Of a DNA stretch of 64,000 nt, positions 36,801-51,600 are shown in pieces (position 1 is the stretch's first letter; each line of letters opens with the position of its first letter). The position numbers were made by a program, and so were the translations under genes. This DNA comes from Eledone cirrhosa (Eukaryota), in NCBI GenBank assembly GCA_964016885.1, contig OZ024742.1:167958001-168022000 (forward strand), read 5' to 3'. The notes under the pieces were generated by a model, which had not been told where the DNA came from, ran no database searches, and saw only the letters and a program-made list of their open reading frames with translations.

Positions 36801-39800
36801 AAATCCATTAAAAACTCAATCAAAAACCCAATTAAAAGGCCATAAAAGAAACATTAAAACAGCATTTAAAATACCATTAAAAACGCCATAAAAAATCATT
36901 AAAATTCTTTTTTATGAAATTTATAATATGGCTTTTAATGAACTTTTTAATGGGCTTTTAGAATCATTAAAATCCCATTAAAAATACATTAAAGGCCCAT
37001 TAAAAACGCCATAAAAAATCCATTAAAAAAAATCCATTAAAAAAAAATTCAATCAAAAACCCATAAAAGAAACATTAAAACGGCATTTAAAAAACCCATT
37101 AAAAATTCATTAAAAAAATCCATTTAAAAAATCCATTAAAAATCCATTAAAAATCCATTAAAAATCCATTAAAAATCCATTAAAAAAAATCCATTAAAAA
37201 AATCCATTAAAAAATCCATTTAAAAAATCCATTAAAAAAAATCCATTAAAAAAAACTCAATCAAAAACCCATAAAAGAAACATTAAAACATCATTTAAAA
37301 AATCCATTAAAAAAAATCCATTAAAAAAAATCCATTAAAAAAGCCATTAAAAATCCATTAAAAATCCATTAAAAATCCATTAAAAATCCATTAAAAATCC
37401 ATTAAAAATCCATTAAAAATCCATTAAAAAATCCATCTAAAAAAATCCATTAAAAAAATCCATTAAAAAAATTCATTTAAAAAATCCATAAAAAAAATCC
37501 ATTTAAAAAATCCATTAAAAAAAATCCATTAAAAAAAAATCCATAAAAAAAATCCATTAAAAAAAATCCATTAAAAAAAATCCGTTAAAAAAAATCTATT
37601 AAAAACCCATTAAAAATCCATTAAAAATCCATTAAAAATCCATTAAAAATCCATTAAAAATCCATTAAAAAATCTATTTAAAAAAATCCATTAAAAAAAT
37701 CCATTAAAAAAATCCATTTAAAAAATCCATTAAAAAAAATCCATTAAAAAAAAATCCATTAAAAAAAAATCCATTAAAAAAATCAATTTAAAAAAATCCA
37801 TTAAAAATCCATTAAAAAATCCATTTAAAAAAATCCATTAAAAACCCATTAAAAATCCATTAGAAATCCATTAAAAAATCCATTTAAAAAACCCATTAAA
37901 AAAAATCCATTAAAAAAATCCATTTAAAAAATCCATTAAAAAAATCCATTAAAAAAAATCCATTAAAAAAATCCATTTAAAAAATCCATTAAAAAAATCC
38001 ATTAAAAAAAATCCTTAAAAAAATCCATTAAAAAAATCCATTAAAAAAATCCATTTAAAAAATCCATTAAAAAAATCCATTAAAAAAATCCTTAAAATCC
38101 ATTAAAAAAATCCATTAAAAAAATCCATTAAAAAAATCCATTTAAAAAAATCCATTAAAAATCCATTAAAAACCCATTAATAATCCATTAAAAATCCATT
38201 AAAAAAATCCATAAAAAAAAATCCATTTAAAAAAATCCATTAAAAATCCATTAAAAACCCATTAATAATCCATTAAAAATCCATTAAAAAAATCCATTAA
38301 AAAAAATCCATTTAAAAAAACCCATTAAAAAAATCCATAAAAAAAATCCATTAAAAAAAAGCCATTAAAAAAAATCCATTAAAAACTCAATCAAAAACCC
38401 AATTAAAAGGCCATAAAAGAAACATTAAAACAGCATTTAAAATACCATTAAAAACGCCATAAAAAATCATTAAAATCCCATTAAAAATACATTAAAGGCC
38501 CATTAAAAACGCCATAAAAAATCCATTAAAAAAAACTCAATCAAAAACCCATAAAAGAAACATTAAAACAGCATTTAAAAAACCCATTAAAAATTCATTA
38601 AAAAAATCCATTTAAAAAATCCATTAAAAATCCATTAAAAATCCATTAAAAATCCATTAAAAATCCATTAAAAATTCATTAAAAAATCCATTTAAAAAAA
38701 TCCATTAAAAAATCCATTTAAAAAATCCATTAAAAAAAATCCATTAAAAAAAATCCATAAAAAAATCCATTAAAAAAATCCATTAAAAAATCCATTAAAA
38801 AAAAATCCATTAAAAAAACCCATTTAAAAAATCCATTAAAAAAATCCATTTAAAAAATCCATTAAAAAAATCCATTTAAAAAAACCCATTAAAAAAAATC
38901 CATTAAAAAAATCCATTTAAAAAATCCAGTAAAAAAAATCCATTAAAAAAAATCCATAAAAAAAATCCATTAAAAAAAATTCATTAAAAAAAAATCCGTT
39001 AAAAAAATCCATTAAAAACTCAATCAAAAACCCAATTAAAAGGCCATAAAAGAAACATTAAAACAGCATTTAAAATACCATTAAAAACGCCATAAAAAAT
39101 CATTAAAATTGTTTTTTATGAAATTTATAATATGGCTTTTAATGAACTTTTTAATGGGCTTTTAGAATCATTAAAATCCCATTAAAAATACATTAAAGGC
39201 CCATTAAAAACGCCATAAAAAATCCATTAAAAAAAATTCAATCAAAAACCCATAAAAGAAACATTAAAACAGCATTTAAAAAACCCATTAAAAATTCATT
39301 AAAAAAATCCATTTAAAAAATCCATTAAAAATCCATTAAAAATCCATTAAAAATCCATTAAAAATCCATTAAAAATCCATTAAAAAAAAATCCATTAAAA
39401 AAATCCATTAAAAAAATCCATTTAAAAAATCGATTAAAAAAAATCCATTAAAAAAAATCCATTAAAAAAAAATCCATTAAAAAAATCCATTAAAAAAAAA
39501 ATCCGTTAAAAAAATCCATTAAAAACTCAATCAAAAACCAAATTAAAAGGCCATAAAAGAAACATTAAAACAGCATTTAAAATACCATTAAAAACGCCAT
39601 AAAAAATCATTAAAATTCTTTTTTATGAAATTTATAATATGGCTTTTAATGAACTTTTTAATGGGCTTTTAGAATCATTAAAATCCCATTAAAAATACAT
39701 TAAAGGGCCATTAAAAACGCCATAAAAAATCCATTAAAAAAAATCCATTAAAAAAAATCCATTAAAAAAAACTCAATCAAAAACCCATAAAAGAAACATT

Positions 39801-42800
39801 AAAACAGCATTTAAAAAATCCATTAAAAAAAAATCCATTTAAAAAAATCCATTAAAAAAGCCATTAAAAATCCATTAAAAATCCATTAAAAATCCATTAA
39901 AAATCCATTAAAAATCCATTAAAAATCCATTAAAAATCCATTAAAAATCCATTAAAAAATCCATTAAAAAAATCCATTAAAAAATCCATTAAAAAAATCC
40001 ATTTAAAAAATCCATTAAAAAAATCCATTTAAAAATTCCATTAAAAAAAATCCATTAAAAAAAATCCATTAAAAAAAGCCATTAAAAAAATCCATTAAAA
40101 AAAAATCCGTTAAAAAAATTCATTAAAAATCCATTAAAAAATCCATTAAAAAAAAATCCATTAAAAATCCATTAAAAATATCCATTTAAAAAATCCATTA
40201 AAAAATCCATTAAAAATCCATTAAAAATCCATTAAAAATCCATTAAAAAATCCATTAAAAAAACCCATTTAAAAAATCCATTAAAAAAATCCATTTAAAA
40301 AATCCATTAAAAAAAATCCATTTAAAAAAACCCATTAAAAAAAATCCATTAAAAAAAATCCATTAAAAAAAATCCATAAAAAAAATCCATTAAAAAAAAT
40401 CCATTAAAAAAAAATCCGTTATAAAAAATCCATTAAAAACTCAATCAAACACCCAATTAAAAGGCCATAAAAGAAACATTAAAACAGCATTTAAAATACC
40501 ATTAAAAACGCCATAAAAAAATCATTAAAATTGTTTTTTATGAAATTTATAATATGGCTTTTAATGAACTTTTTAATGGGCTTTTAGAATCATTAAAATC
40601 CCATTAAAAATACATTAAAGGCCCATTAAAAACGCCATAAAAAATCCATTAAAAAAAATCCATTAAAAAAAAATTCAATCAAAAACCCATAAAAGAAACA
40701 TTAAAACAGCATTTAAAAAACCCATTAAAAATTCATTAAAAAAATCCATTTAAAAAATCCATTAAAAATCCATTAAAAATCCATTAAAAATCCATTAAAA
40801 ATCCATTAAAAATCCATTAAAAATCCATTAAAAAAAAATCCATTAAAAAAATCCATAAAAAAAATCCATTTAAAAAATCCATTAAAAAAAATCCATTAAA
40901 AAAATCCATTAAAAAAAAATCCATTAAAAAAAATCCATTAAAAAAAAAATCCGTTAAAAAAATCCATTAAAAACTCAATCAAAAACCCAATTAAAAGGCC
41001 ATAAAAGAAACATTAAAACAGCATTTAAAATACCATTAAAAACGCCATAAAAAATCATTAAAATTCTTTTTTATGAAATTTATAATATGGCTTTTAATGA
41101 ACTTTTTAATGGGCTTTTAGAATCATTAAAATCCCATTAAAAATACATTAAAGGCCCATTAAAAACGCCATAAAAAATCCATTAAAAAAAATCCATTAAA
41201 AAAAAATTCAATCAAAAACCCATAAAAGAAACATTAAAACGGCATTTAAAAAACCCATTAAAAATTCATTAAAAAAATCCATTTAAAAAACCCATTAAAA
41301 ATCCATTAAAAATCCATTAAAAATCCATTAAAAATCCATTAAAAATCCATTAAAAAAAAATCCATTAAAAAAATCCATTAAAAAAATCCATTAAAAAAGC
41401 CATTAAAAATCCATTAAAAATCCATTAAAAATCCATTAAAAACCCATTAAAAATCCATTAAAAATCCATTAAAAAATCCATCTAAAAAAATCCATTAAAA
41501 AAATCCATTAAAAAATTCATTTAAAAAATCCATTAAAAAAATCCATTTAAAAAATCCATTAAAAAAATCCATTTAAAAAATCCATTAAAAAAAATCCATT
41601 AAAAAAAACTCAATCAAAAACCCATAAAAGAAACATTAAAACAGCATTTAAAAAATCCATTAAAAAAAAATCCATTAAAAAAAATCCATTAAAAAAGCCA
41701 TTAAAAATCCATTAAAAATCCATTAAAAATCCATTAAAAATCCATTAAAAATCCATTAAAAATCCATTAAAAATCCATTAAAAAATCCATTAAAAAAATC
41801 CATTTAAAAAATCCATTAAAAAAATCCATTTAAAAAATCCATTAAAAAAATCCATTAAAAACTCAATCAAAAACCCAATTAAAAGGCCATAAAAGAAACA
41901 TTAAAACAGCATTTAAAAAACCCATTAAAAATTCATTACAAAAATCCATTTAAAAAATCCATTAAAAATCCATTAAAAATCCATTAAAAATCCATTAAAA
42001 ATCCATTAAAAATCCATTAAAATCCATTAAAAATCCATTAAAAATCCATTAAAAAATCCATCTAAAAAAATCCATTAAAAAAATTCATTTAAAAAATCCA
42101 TTAAAAAAATCCATTTAAAAAATCCATTAAAAAAAAATCCATTAAAAAAAATCCATAAAAAAAACCCATTAAAAAAAATCCATTAAAAAAAATCCGTTAA
42201 AAAAAATCTATTAAAAATCCATTAAAAATCCATTAAAAATCCATTAAAATTCCATTAAAAATCCATTAAAAATCCATTAAAAAATCCATTTAAAAAAATC
42301 CATTAAAAAAATCCATTAAAAAAATCCATTTAAAAAATCCATTAAAAAAAAATCCATTAAAAAAAAATCCATTAAAAAAAAATCCATTAAAAAAAATCCA
42401 TTAAAAATCCATTAAAAAAATCCATTTAAAAAAATCCATTAAAAACCCATTAAAAATCCATTAAAAATCCATTAAAAAATCCATTTAAAAAACCCATTAA
42501 AAAAAATCCATTAAAAAAATCCATTTAAAAAATCCATTAAAAAAATCCATTAAAAAAAATCCATTAAAAAAGTCCATTTAAAAAATCCATTAAAAAAATC
42601 CATTAAAAAAAATCCTTAAAAAAATCCATTAAAAAAATCCATTAAAAAAACCCATTAAAAAAATCCATTAAAAAAAATCCATTAAAAAAATCCATTTAAA
42701 AAATCCATTAAAAAAATCCATTAAAAAAATCCTTAAAATCCATTAAAAAATCCATTTAAAAAATCCATTAAAAATCCATTAAAAAAATCCATTTAAAAAA

Positions 42801-45699
42801 ATCCATTAAAAATCCATTAAAAACCCATTAATAATCCATTAAAAATCCATTAAAAATCCATTAAAAAATCCATTTAAAAAACCCATTAAAAAAATCCATA
42901 AAAAAAAATCCACTAAAAAAATCCATTAAAAAAAATCCATTTAAAAAAACCCATTAAAAAAATCCATTAAAAATCCATTAAAAATCCATTAAAAATCCAT
43001 TAAAAATCCATTAAAAATCCATTAAAAAATCCAATTAAAAAAATCCATTAAAAAAATCCATTAAAAAATCCATTAAAAATCCATTAAAAAATCCATTAAA
43101 AAAATCCATTTAAAAAATCCATTAAAAAAATCCATTTAAAAAAATCCATTTAAAAAAACCCATTAAAAAAATCCATTAAAAATCCATTAAAAATCCATTA
43201 AAAATCCATTAAAAATCCATTAAAAATCCATTAAAAAATCCATTAAAAAAAAATCCATTAAAAATCCATTAAAAAAATCCATTTAAAAAATCCATTAAAA
43301 AATCCATTAAAAATCCATTAAAAATCCATTAAAAATCCATTAAAAAATCCATTAAAAAAACCCATTTAAAAAATCCATTAAAAAAATCCATTTAAAAAAT
43401 CCATTAAAAAAAATCCATTTAAAAAAACCCATTAAAAAAAATCCATTAAAAAAATCCATTTAAAAAATCCATTAATAAAAATCCATTAAAAAAAATCCAT
43501 AAAAAAAATCCATTAAAAAAAATCCATTATAAAAAAATCCGTTAAAAAAAATCCATTAAAAACTCAATCAAAAACCCAATTAAAAGGCCATAAAAGAAAC
43601 ATTAAAACAGCATTTAAAATACCATTAAAAACGCCATAAAAAATCATTAAAATTGTTTTTTATGAAATTTATAATATGGCTTTTAATGAACTTTTTAATG
43701 GGCTTTTAGAATCATTAAAATCCCATTAAAAATACATTAAAGGCCCATTAAAAACGCCATAAAAAATCCATTAAAAAAATCCATAAAAAAAAAATTCAAT
43801 CAAAAACCCATAAAAGAAACATTAAAACAGCATTTAAAAAACCCATTAAAAATTCATTAAAAAAATCCATTTAAAAAATCCATTAAAAATCCATTAAAAA
43901 TCCATTAAAAATCCATTAAAAATCCATTAAAAAAAAATCCATTAAAAAAATCCATTAAAAAATCCATTTAAAAAATCCATTAAAAAAAATCCATTAAAAA
44001 AAACTCAATCAAAAACCCATAAAAGAAACATTAAAACAGCATTTAAAAAATCCATTAAAAAAAATCCATTTAAAAAAATCCATTAAAAAAGCCATTAAAA
44101 ATCCATTAAAAATCCATTAAAAATCCATTAAAAATCCATTAAAAATCCATTAGAAATCCATTAAAAATCCATTAAAAATCCATTAAAAATCCATTAAAAA
44201 ATCCATCTAAAAAAATCCATTAAAAAAATCCATTAAAAAAATTCATTTAAAAAATCCATAAAAAAAATCCATTTAAAAAATCCATTAAAAAAAATCCATT
44301 AAAAAAAATCCATAAAAAAAATCCATTAAAAAAAATCCATTAAAAAAAATCCGTTAAAAAAAATCTATTAAAAATCCATTAAAAATCCATTAAAAATCCA
44401 TTAAAAATCCATTAAAAATCCATTAAAAATCCATTAAAAATCCATTAAAAAATCCATTTAAAAAAATCCATTAAAAAAATCCATTAAAAAAATCCATTTA
44501 AAAAATCCATTAAAAAAAATCCATTAAAAAAAAATCCATTAAAAAAAAAATCCATTAAAAAAAATCAATTTAAAAAAATCCATTAAAAATCCATTAAAAA
44601 AATCCATTTAAAAAAATCCATTAAAAACCCATTAAAAATCCATTAGAAATCCATTAAAAAATCCATTTAAAAAACCCATTAAAAAAAATCCATTAAAAAA
44701 ATCCATTTAAAAAATCCATTAAAAAATCCATTAAAAAAAATCCATTAAAAAAATCCATTTAAAAAATCCATTAAAAAAATCCATTAAAAAAAATCCTTAA
44801 AAAAATCCATTAAAAAAATCCATTAAAAAAATCCATTAAAAAAATCCATTAAAAAAATCCATTAAAAAAAATCCATTAAAAAAATCCATTTAAAAAATCC
44901 ATTAAAAAAATCCATTAAAAAAATCCTTAAAATCCATTAAAAAAATCCATTAAAAAAATCCATTAAAAAAATCCATTAAAAATCCATTAAAAAAATCCAT
45001 TTAAAAAAATCCATTAAAAATCCATTAAAAACCCATTAATAATCCATTAAAAATCCATTAAAAATCCATTAAAAAATCCATTTAAAAAACCCATTAAAAA
45101 AATCCATAAAAAAAAATCCATTAAAAAAATCCATTAAAAAAAATCCATTTAAAAAAACCCATTAAAAAAATCCATTAAAAAAATCCATTTAAAAAATCCA
45201 TTAAAAAAATCCATTAAAAAAAAATCCATAAAAAAAATCCATTAAAAAAAATCCATTAAAAACTCAATCAAAAACCCAATTAAAAGGCCATAAAAGAAAC
45301 ATTAAAACAGCATTTAAAATACCATTAAAAACGCCATAAAAAATCATTAAAATCCCATTAAAAATACATTAAAGGCCCATTAAAAACGCCATAAAAAATC
45401 CATTAAAAAAAACTCAATCAAAAACCCATAAAAGAAACATTAAAACAGCATTTAAAAAACCCATTAAAAATTCATTAAAAAAATCCATTTAAAAAATCCA
45501 TTAAAAATCCATTAAAAATCCATTAAAAATCCATTAAAAATCCATTAAAAGTCCATTAAAAATTCAGTAAAAAATCCATTTAAAAAAATCCATTAAAAAA
45601 ATCCATTAAAAAATCCATTTAAAAAATCCATTAAAAAAAATCCATTAAAAAAAATCCATAAAAAAATCCATTAAAAAAATCCATTAAAAAATCCATTAA

Positions 45700-48600
45700 A
45701 AAAAAATCCATTAAAAATCCATTAAAAAATCCATTTAAAAAATCCATTAAAAAATCCATTAAAAATCCATTAAAAATCCATTAAAAATCCATTAAAAAAT
45801 CCATTAAAAAAACCCATTTAAAAAATCCATTAAAAAAATCCATTTAAAAAAACCCATTAAAAAAAATCCATTAAAAAAATCCATTTAAAAAATCCATTAA
45901 AAAAAATCCATTAAAAAAAATCCATAAAAAAAATCCATTAAAAAAAATCCATTATAAAAAAATCCGTTAAAAAAAATCCATTAAAAACTCAATCAAAAAC
46001 CCAATTAAAAGGCCATAAAAGAAATATTAAAACAGCATTTAAAATACCATTAAAAACGCCATAAAAAATCATTAAAATTGTTTTTTATGAAATTTATAAT
46101 ATGGCTTTTAATGAACTTTTTAATGGGCTTTTAGAATCATTAAAATCCCATTAAAAATACATTAAAGGCCCATTAAAAACGCCATAAAAAATCCATTAAA
46201 AAAAATCCATTAAAAAAAAATTCAATCAAAAACCCATAAAAGAAACATTAAAACAGCATTTAAAAAACCCATTAAAAATTCATTAAAAAAATCCATTTAA
46301 AAAATCCATTAAAAATCCATTAAAAATCCATTAAAAATCCATTAAAAATCCATTAAAAAAAAATCCATTAAAAAAATCCATTAAAAAATCCATTTAAAAA
46401 ATCCATTAAAAAAAATCCATTAAAAAAAACTCAATCAAAAACCCATAAAAGAAACATTAAAACAGCATTTAAAAAATCCATTAAAAAAAATCCATTTAAA
46501 AAAATCCATTAAAAAAGCCATTAAAAATCCATTAAAAATCCATTAAAAATCCATTAAAAATCCATTAAAAATCCATTAAAAATCCATTAAAAAATCCATT
46601 TAAAAAAATCCATTAAAAAAATCCATTAAAAAAATTCATTTAAAAAATCCATTAAAAAAATCCATTTAAAAAATCCATTAAAAAAAATCCATTAAAAAAA
46701 ATCCATAAAAAAAATCCATTAAAAAAAATCCATTAAAAAAAATCCGTTAAAAAAAATCTATTAAAAATCCATTAAAAATCCATTAAAAATCCATTAAAAT
46801 TCCATTAAAAATCCATTAAAAATCCATTAAAAAATCCATTTAAAAAAATCCATTAAAAAAATCCATTAAAAAAATCCATTTAAAAAATCCATTAAAAAAA
46901 AATCCATTAAAAAAAAATCCATTAAAAAAAAATCCATTAAAAAAAATCCATTAAAAATCCATTAAAAAAATCCATTTAAAAAAATCCATTAAAAACCCAT
47001 TAAAAATCCATTAAAAATCCATTAAAAAATCCATTTAAAAAACCCATTAAAAAAAATCCATTAAAAAAATCCATTTAAAAAATCCATTAAAAAAATCCAT
47101 TAAAAAAAATCCATTAAAAAAGTCCATTTAAAAAATCCATTAAAAAAATCCATTAAAAAAAATCCTTAAAAAAATCCATTAAAAAAATCCATTAAAAAAA
47201 CCCATTAAAAAAATCCATTAAAAAAAATCCATTAAAAAAATCCATTTAAAAAATCCATTAAAAAAATCCATTAAAAAAATCCTTAAAATCCATTAAAAAA
47301 TCCATTAAAAAAATCCATTAAAAATCCATTAAAAAAATCCATTTAAAAAAATCCATTAAAAATCCATTAAAAACCCATTAATAATCCATTAAAAATCCAT
47401 TAAAAATCCATTAAAAAATCCATTTAAAAAACCCATTAAAAAAATCCATAAAAAAAAATCCACTAAAAAAATCCATTAAAAAAAATCCATTTAAAAAAAC
47501 CCATTAAAAAAATCCATTAAAAATCCATTAAAAATCCATTAAAAATCCATTAAAAATCCATTAAAAATCCATTAAAAAATCCAATTAAAAAAATCCATTA
47601 AAAAAATCCATTAAAAAATCCATTTAAAAAATCCATTAAAAAAAATCCATTAAAAAAAATCCATTAAAAAAAAATCCATTAAAAAAAATCCATTAAAAAA
47701 AAAATCCGTTAAAAAAATCCATTAAAAACTCAATCAAAAACCCAATTAAAAGGCCATAAAAGAAACATTAAAACAGCATTTAAAATACCATTAAAAACGC
47801 CATAAAAATCATTAAAATTCTTTTTTATGAAATTTATAATATGGCTTTTAATGAACTTTTTAATGGGCTTTTAGAATCATTAAAATCCCATTAAAAATAC
47901 ATTAAAGGCCCATTAAAAACGCCATAAAAAATCCATTAAAAAAAATCCATTAAAAAAAAATTCAATCAAAAACCCATAAAAGAAACATTAAAACGGCATT
48001 TAAAAAACCCATTAAAAATTCATTAAAAAAATCCATTTAAAAAATCCATTAAAAATCCATTAAAAATCCATTAAAAATCCATTAAAAATCCATTAAAAAA
48101 AAATCCATTAAAAAAATCCATTAAAAAATCCATTTAAAAAATCCATTAAAAAAAATCCATTAAAAAAAACTCAATCAAAAACCCATAAAAGAAACATTAA
48201 AACATCATTTAAAAAATCCATTAAAAAAAATCCATTTAAAAAAATCCATTAAAAAAGCCATTAAAAATCCATTAAAAATCCATTAAAAATCCATTAAAAA
48301 TCCATTAAAAATCCATTAAAAATCCATTAAAAATCCATCTAAAAAAATCCATCTAAAAAAATCCATTAAAAAAATCCATTAAAAAAATTCATTTAAAAAA
48401 TCCATAAAAAAAATCCATTTAAAAAATCCATTAAAAAAAATCCATTAAAAAAAAATCCATAAAAAAAATCCATTAAAAAAAATCCATTAAAAAAAATCCG
48501 TTAAAAAAAATCTATTAAAAACCCATTAAAAATCCATTAAAAATCCATTAAAAATCCATTAAAAATCCATTAAAAATCCATTAAAAATCCATTAAAAAAT

Positions 48601-51600
48601 CTATTTAAAAAAATCCATTAAAAAAATCCATTAAAAAAATCCATTTTAAAAATCCATTAAAAAAAATCCATTAAAAAAAAATCCATTAAAAAAAAATCCA
48701 TTAAAAAAAATCAATTTAAAAAAATCCATTAAAAATCCATTAAAAATCCATTAAAAAATCCATTTAAAAAAATCCATTAAAAAATTCATTAAAAAAATCC
48801 ATTTAAAAAATCCATTAAAAAAAATCCATTAAAAAAACTCAATCAAAAACCCATAAAAGAAACATTAAAACAGCATTTAAAAAATCCATTAAAAAAATCC
48901 ATTTAAAAAAATCCATTAAAAAATCCATTAAAAAATCCATTAAAAATCCATTAAAAATCCATTAAAAATCCATTAAAAATCCATTAAAAATCCATTAAAA
49001 ATCCATTAAAAATCCATTAAAAAATCCAATTAAAAAAATCCATTAAAAAATCCAATTAAAAAAATCCATTAAAAAAATCCATTAAAAAATCCATTTAAAA
49101 AATCCATTAAAAAAAATCCATTAAAAAAAATCCATTAAAAAAAAATCCATTAAAAAAAATCCATTAAAAAAAAAATCCGTTAAAAAAATCCATTAAAAAC
49201 TCAATCAAAAACCCAATTAAAAGGCCATAAAAGAAACATTAAAACAGCATTTAAAATACCATTAAAAACGCCATAAAAAATCATTAAAATTCTTTTTTAT
49301 GAAATTTATAATATGGCTTTTAATGAACTTTTTAATGGGCTTTTAGAATCATTAAAATCCCATTAAAAATACATTAAAGGCCCATTAAAAACGCCATAAA
49401 AAATCCATTAAAAAAAATCCATTAAAAAAAAATTCAATCAAAAACCCATAAAAGAAACATTAAAACGGCATTTAAAAAACCCATTAAAAATTCATTAAAA
49501 AAATCCATTTAAAAAATCCATTAAAAATCCATTAAAAATCCATTAAAAATCCATTAAAAATCCATTAAAAAAAAATCCATTAAAAAAATCCATTAAAAAA
49601 TCCATTTAAAAAATCCATTAAAAAAAATCCATTAAAAAAAACTCAATCAAAAACCCATAAAAGAAACATTAAAACAGCATTTAAAAAATCCATTAAAAAA
49701 AATCCATTTAAAAAAATCCATTAAAAAAGCCATTAAAAATCCATTAAAAATCCATTAAAAATCCATTAAAAATCCATTAAAAATCCATTAAAAAAAATCC
49801 GTTAAAAAAAATCTATTAAAAATCCATTAAAAATCCATTAAAAATCCATTAAAAATCCATTAAAAATCCATTAAAAATCCATTAAAAAATCCATTTAAAA
49901 AAATCCATTAAAAAAAACCATTTAAAAAATCCATTTAAAAAAATCCATTAAAAAAACCCATTAAAAAAAATCCATTAAAAAAATCCATTTAAAAAATCCA
50001 TTAAAAAAAAATCCATTAAAAAAAATCCATAAAAAAATCCATTAAAAAAATCCATTAAAAAAAAATCCATTAAAAAAAATCCATTAAAAATCCATTAAAA
50101 AAATCCATTAAAAAAAATCCATTAAAAAATCCATTAAAAACCCATTAAAAATCCATTAAAAATCCATTAAAAATCCATTAAAAAATCCATTTAAAAAACC
50201 CATTAAAAAAATCCATTAAAAAAATCCATTTAAAAATCCATTAAAAAAAATCCATTTAAAAAAACCCATTAAAAAAAATCCATTAAAAAAATCCATTTAA
50301 AAAATCCATAAAAAAAATCCATAAAAAAAATCCATTAAAAAAAATCCATTAAAAAAAAATCCGTTAAAAAAAATCCATTAAAAATCCATTAAAAATCCAT
50401 TAAAAATCCATTAAAAATCCATTAAAAATCCATTTAAAAAAATCCATTAAAAAAATCCATTAAATAAATCCATTTAAAAAATCCATTAAAAAAAATCCAT
50501 TAAAAAAAAATCCATTAAAAAAAATCCATTAAAAAAAATCAATTTAAAAAAATCCATTAAAAATCCATTAAAAAAATCCATTTAAAAAAATCCATTAAAA
50601 ACCCATTAAAAATCCATTAAAAAATCCATTTAAAAAACCCATTAAAAAAAATCCATTAAAAAAATCCATTTAAAAAATCCATTAAAAAAAAATCCATTAA
50701 AAAAAACCATTAAAAAAAATCCATTAAAAAAATCCATTTAAAAAATCCATTAAAAAAAATCCATTAAAAAAAACTCAATCAAAAACCCATAAAAGAAACA
50801 TTAAAACAGCATTTAAAAAATCCATTAAAAATCCATTAAAAAAATCCATTTAAAAAATCCATTAAAAATCCATTAAAAAATCCATTAAAAAAAATCCATT
50901 AAAAAAATCCATTAAAAAAATCCATTTAAAAAATCCATTAAAAAAAATCCATAAAAAAAAATCCATTAAAAAAAAATCCATTAAAAAAAATCAATTTAAA
51001 AAAATCCATTAAAAATCCATTAAAAAAATCCATTTAAAAAAATCCATTAAAAACCCATTAAAAATCCATTAAAAATCCATTAAAAATCCATTTAAAAAAC
51101 CCATTAAAAAAATCCATTAAAAAAAAATCCATTTAAAAAATCCATTAAAAAAAATCCATTAAAAACCCATTAAAAATCCATTAAAAATCCATTAAAAATC
51201 CATTAAAAAATCCAATAAAAAAAAATTCAATCAAAAATCCATAAAAGAAACATTAAAACAGCATTTAAAAAACCCATTAAAAATTCATTAAAAAAATCCA
51301 TTTAAAAAATCCATTAAAAATCCATTAAAAATCCATTAAAAATCCATTAAAAATGCATTAAAAATCCATTAAAAATCCATTTAAAAAAATCCATTAAAAA
51401 AATCCATTAAAAAATCCATTTAAAAAATCCATCAAAAAAAATCCATTAAAAAAAACTCAATCAAAAACCCATAAAAGAAACATTAAAACAGCATTTAAAA
51501 AATCCATTTAAAAAAATCCATTAAAAATCCATTAAAAATCCATTAAAAATCCATTAAAAACCCATTAAAAATCCATTAAAAATCCATTAAAAAATCCATT

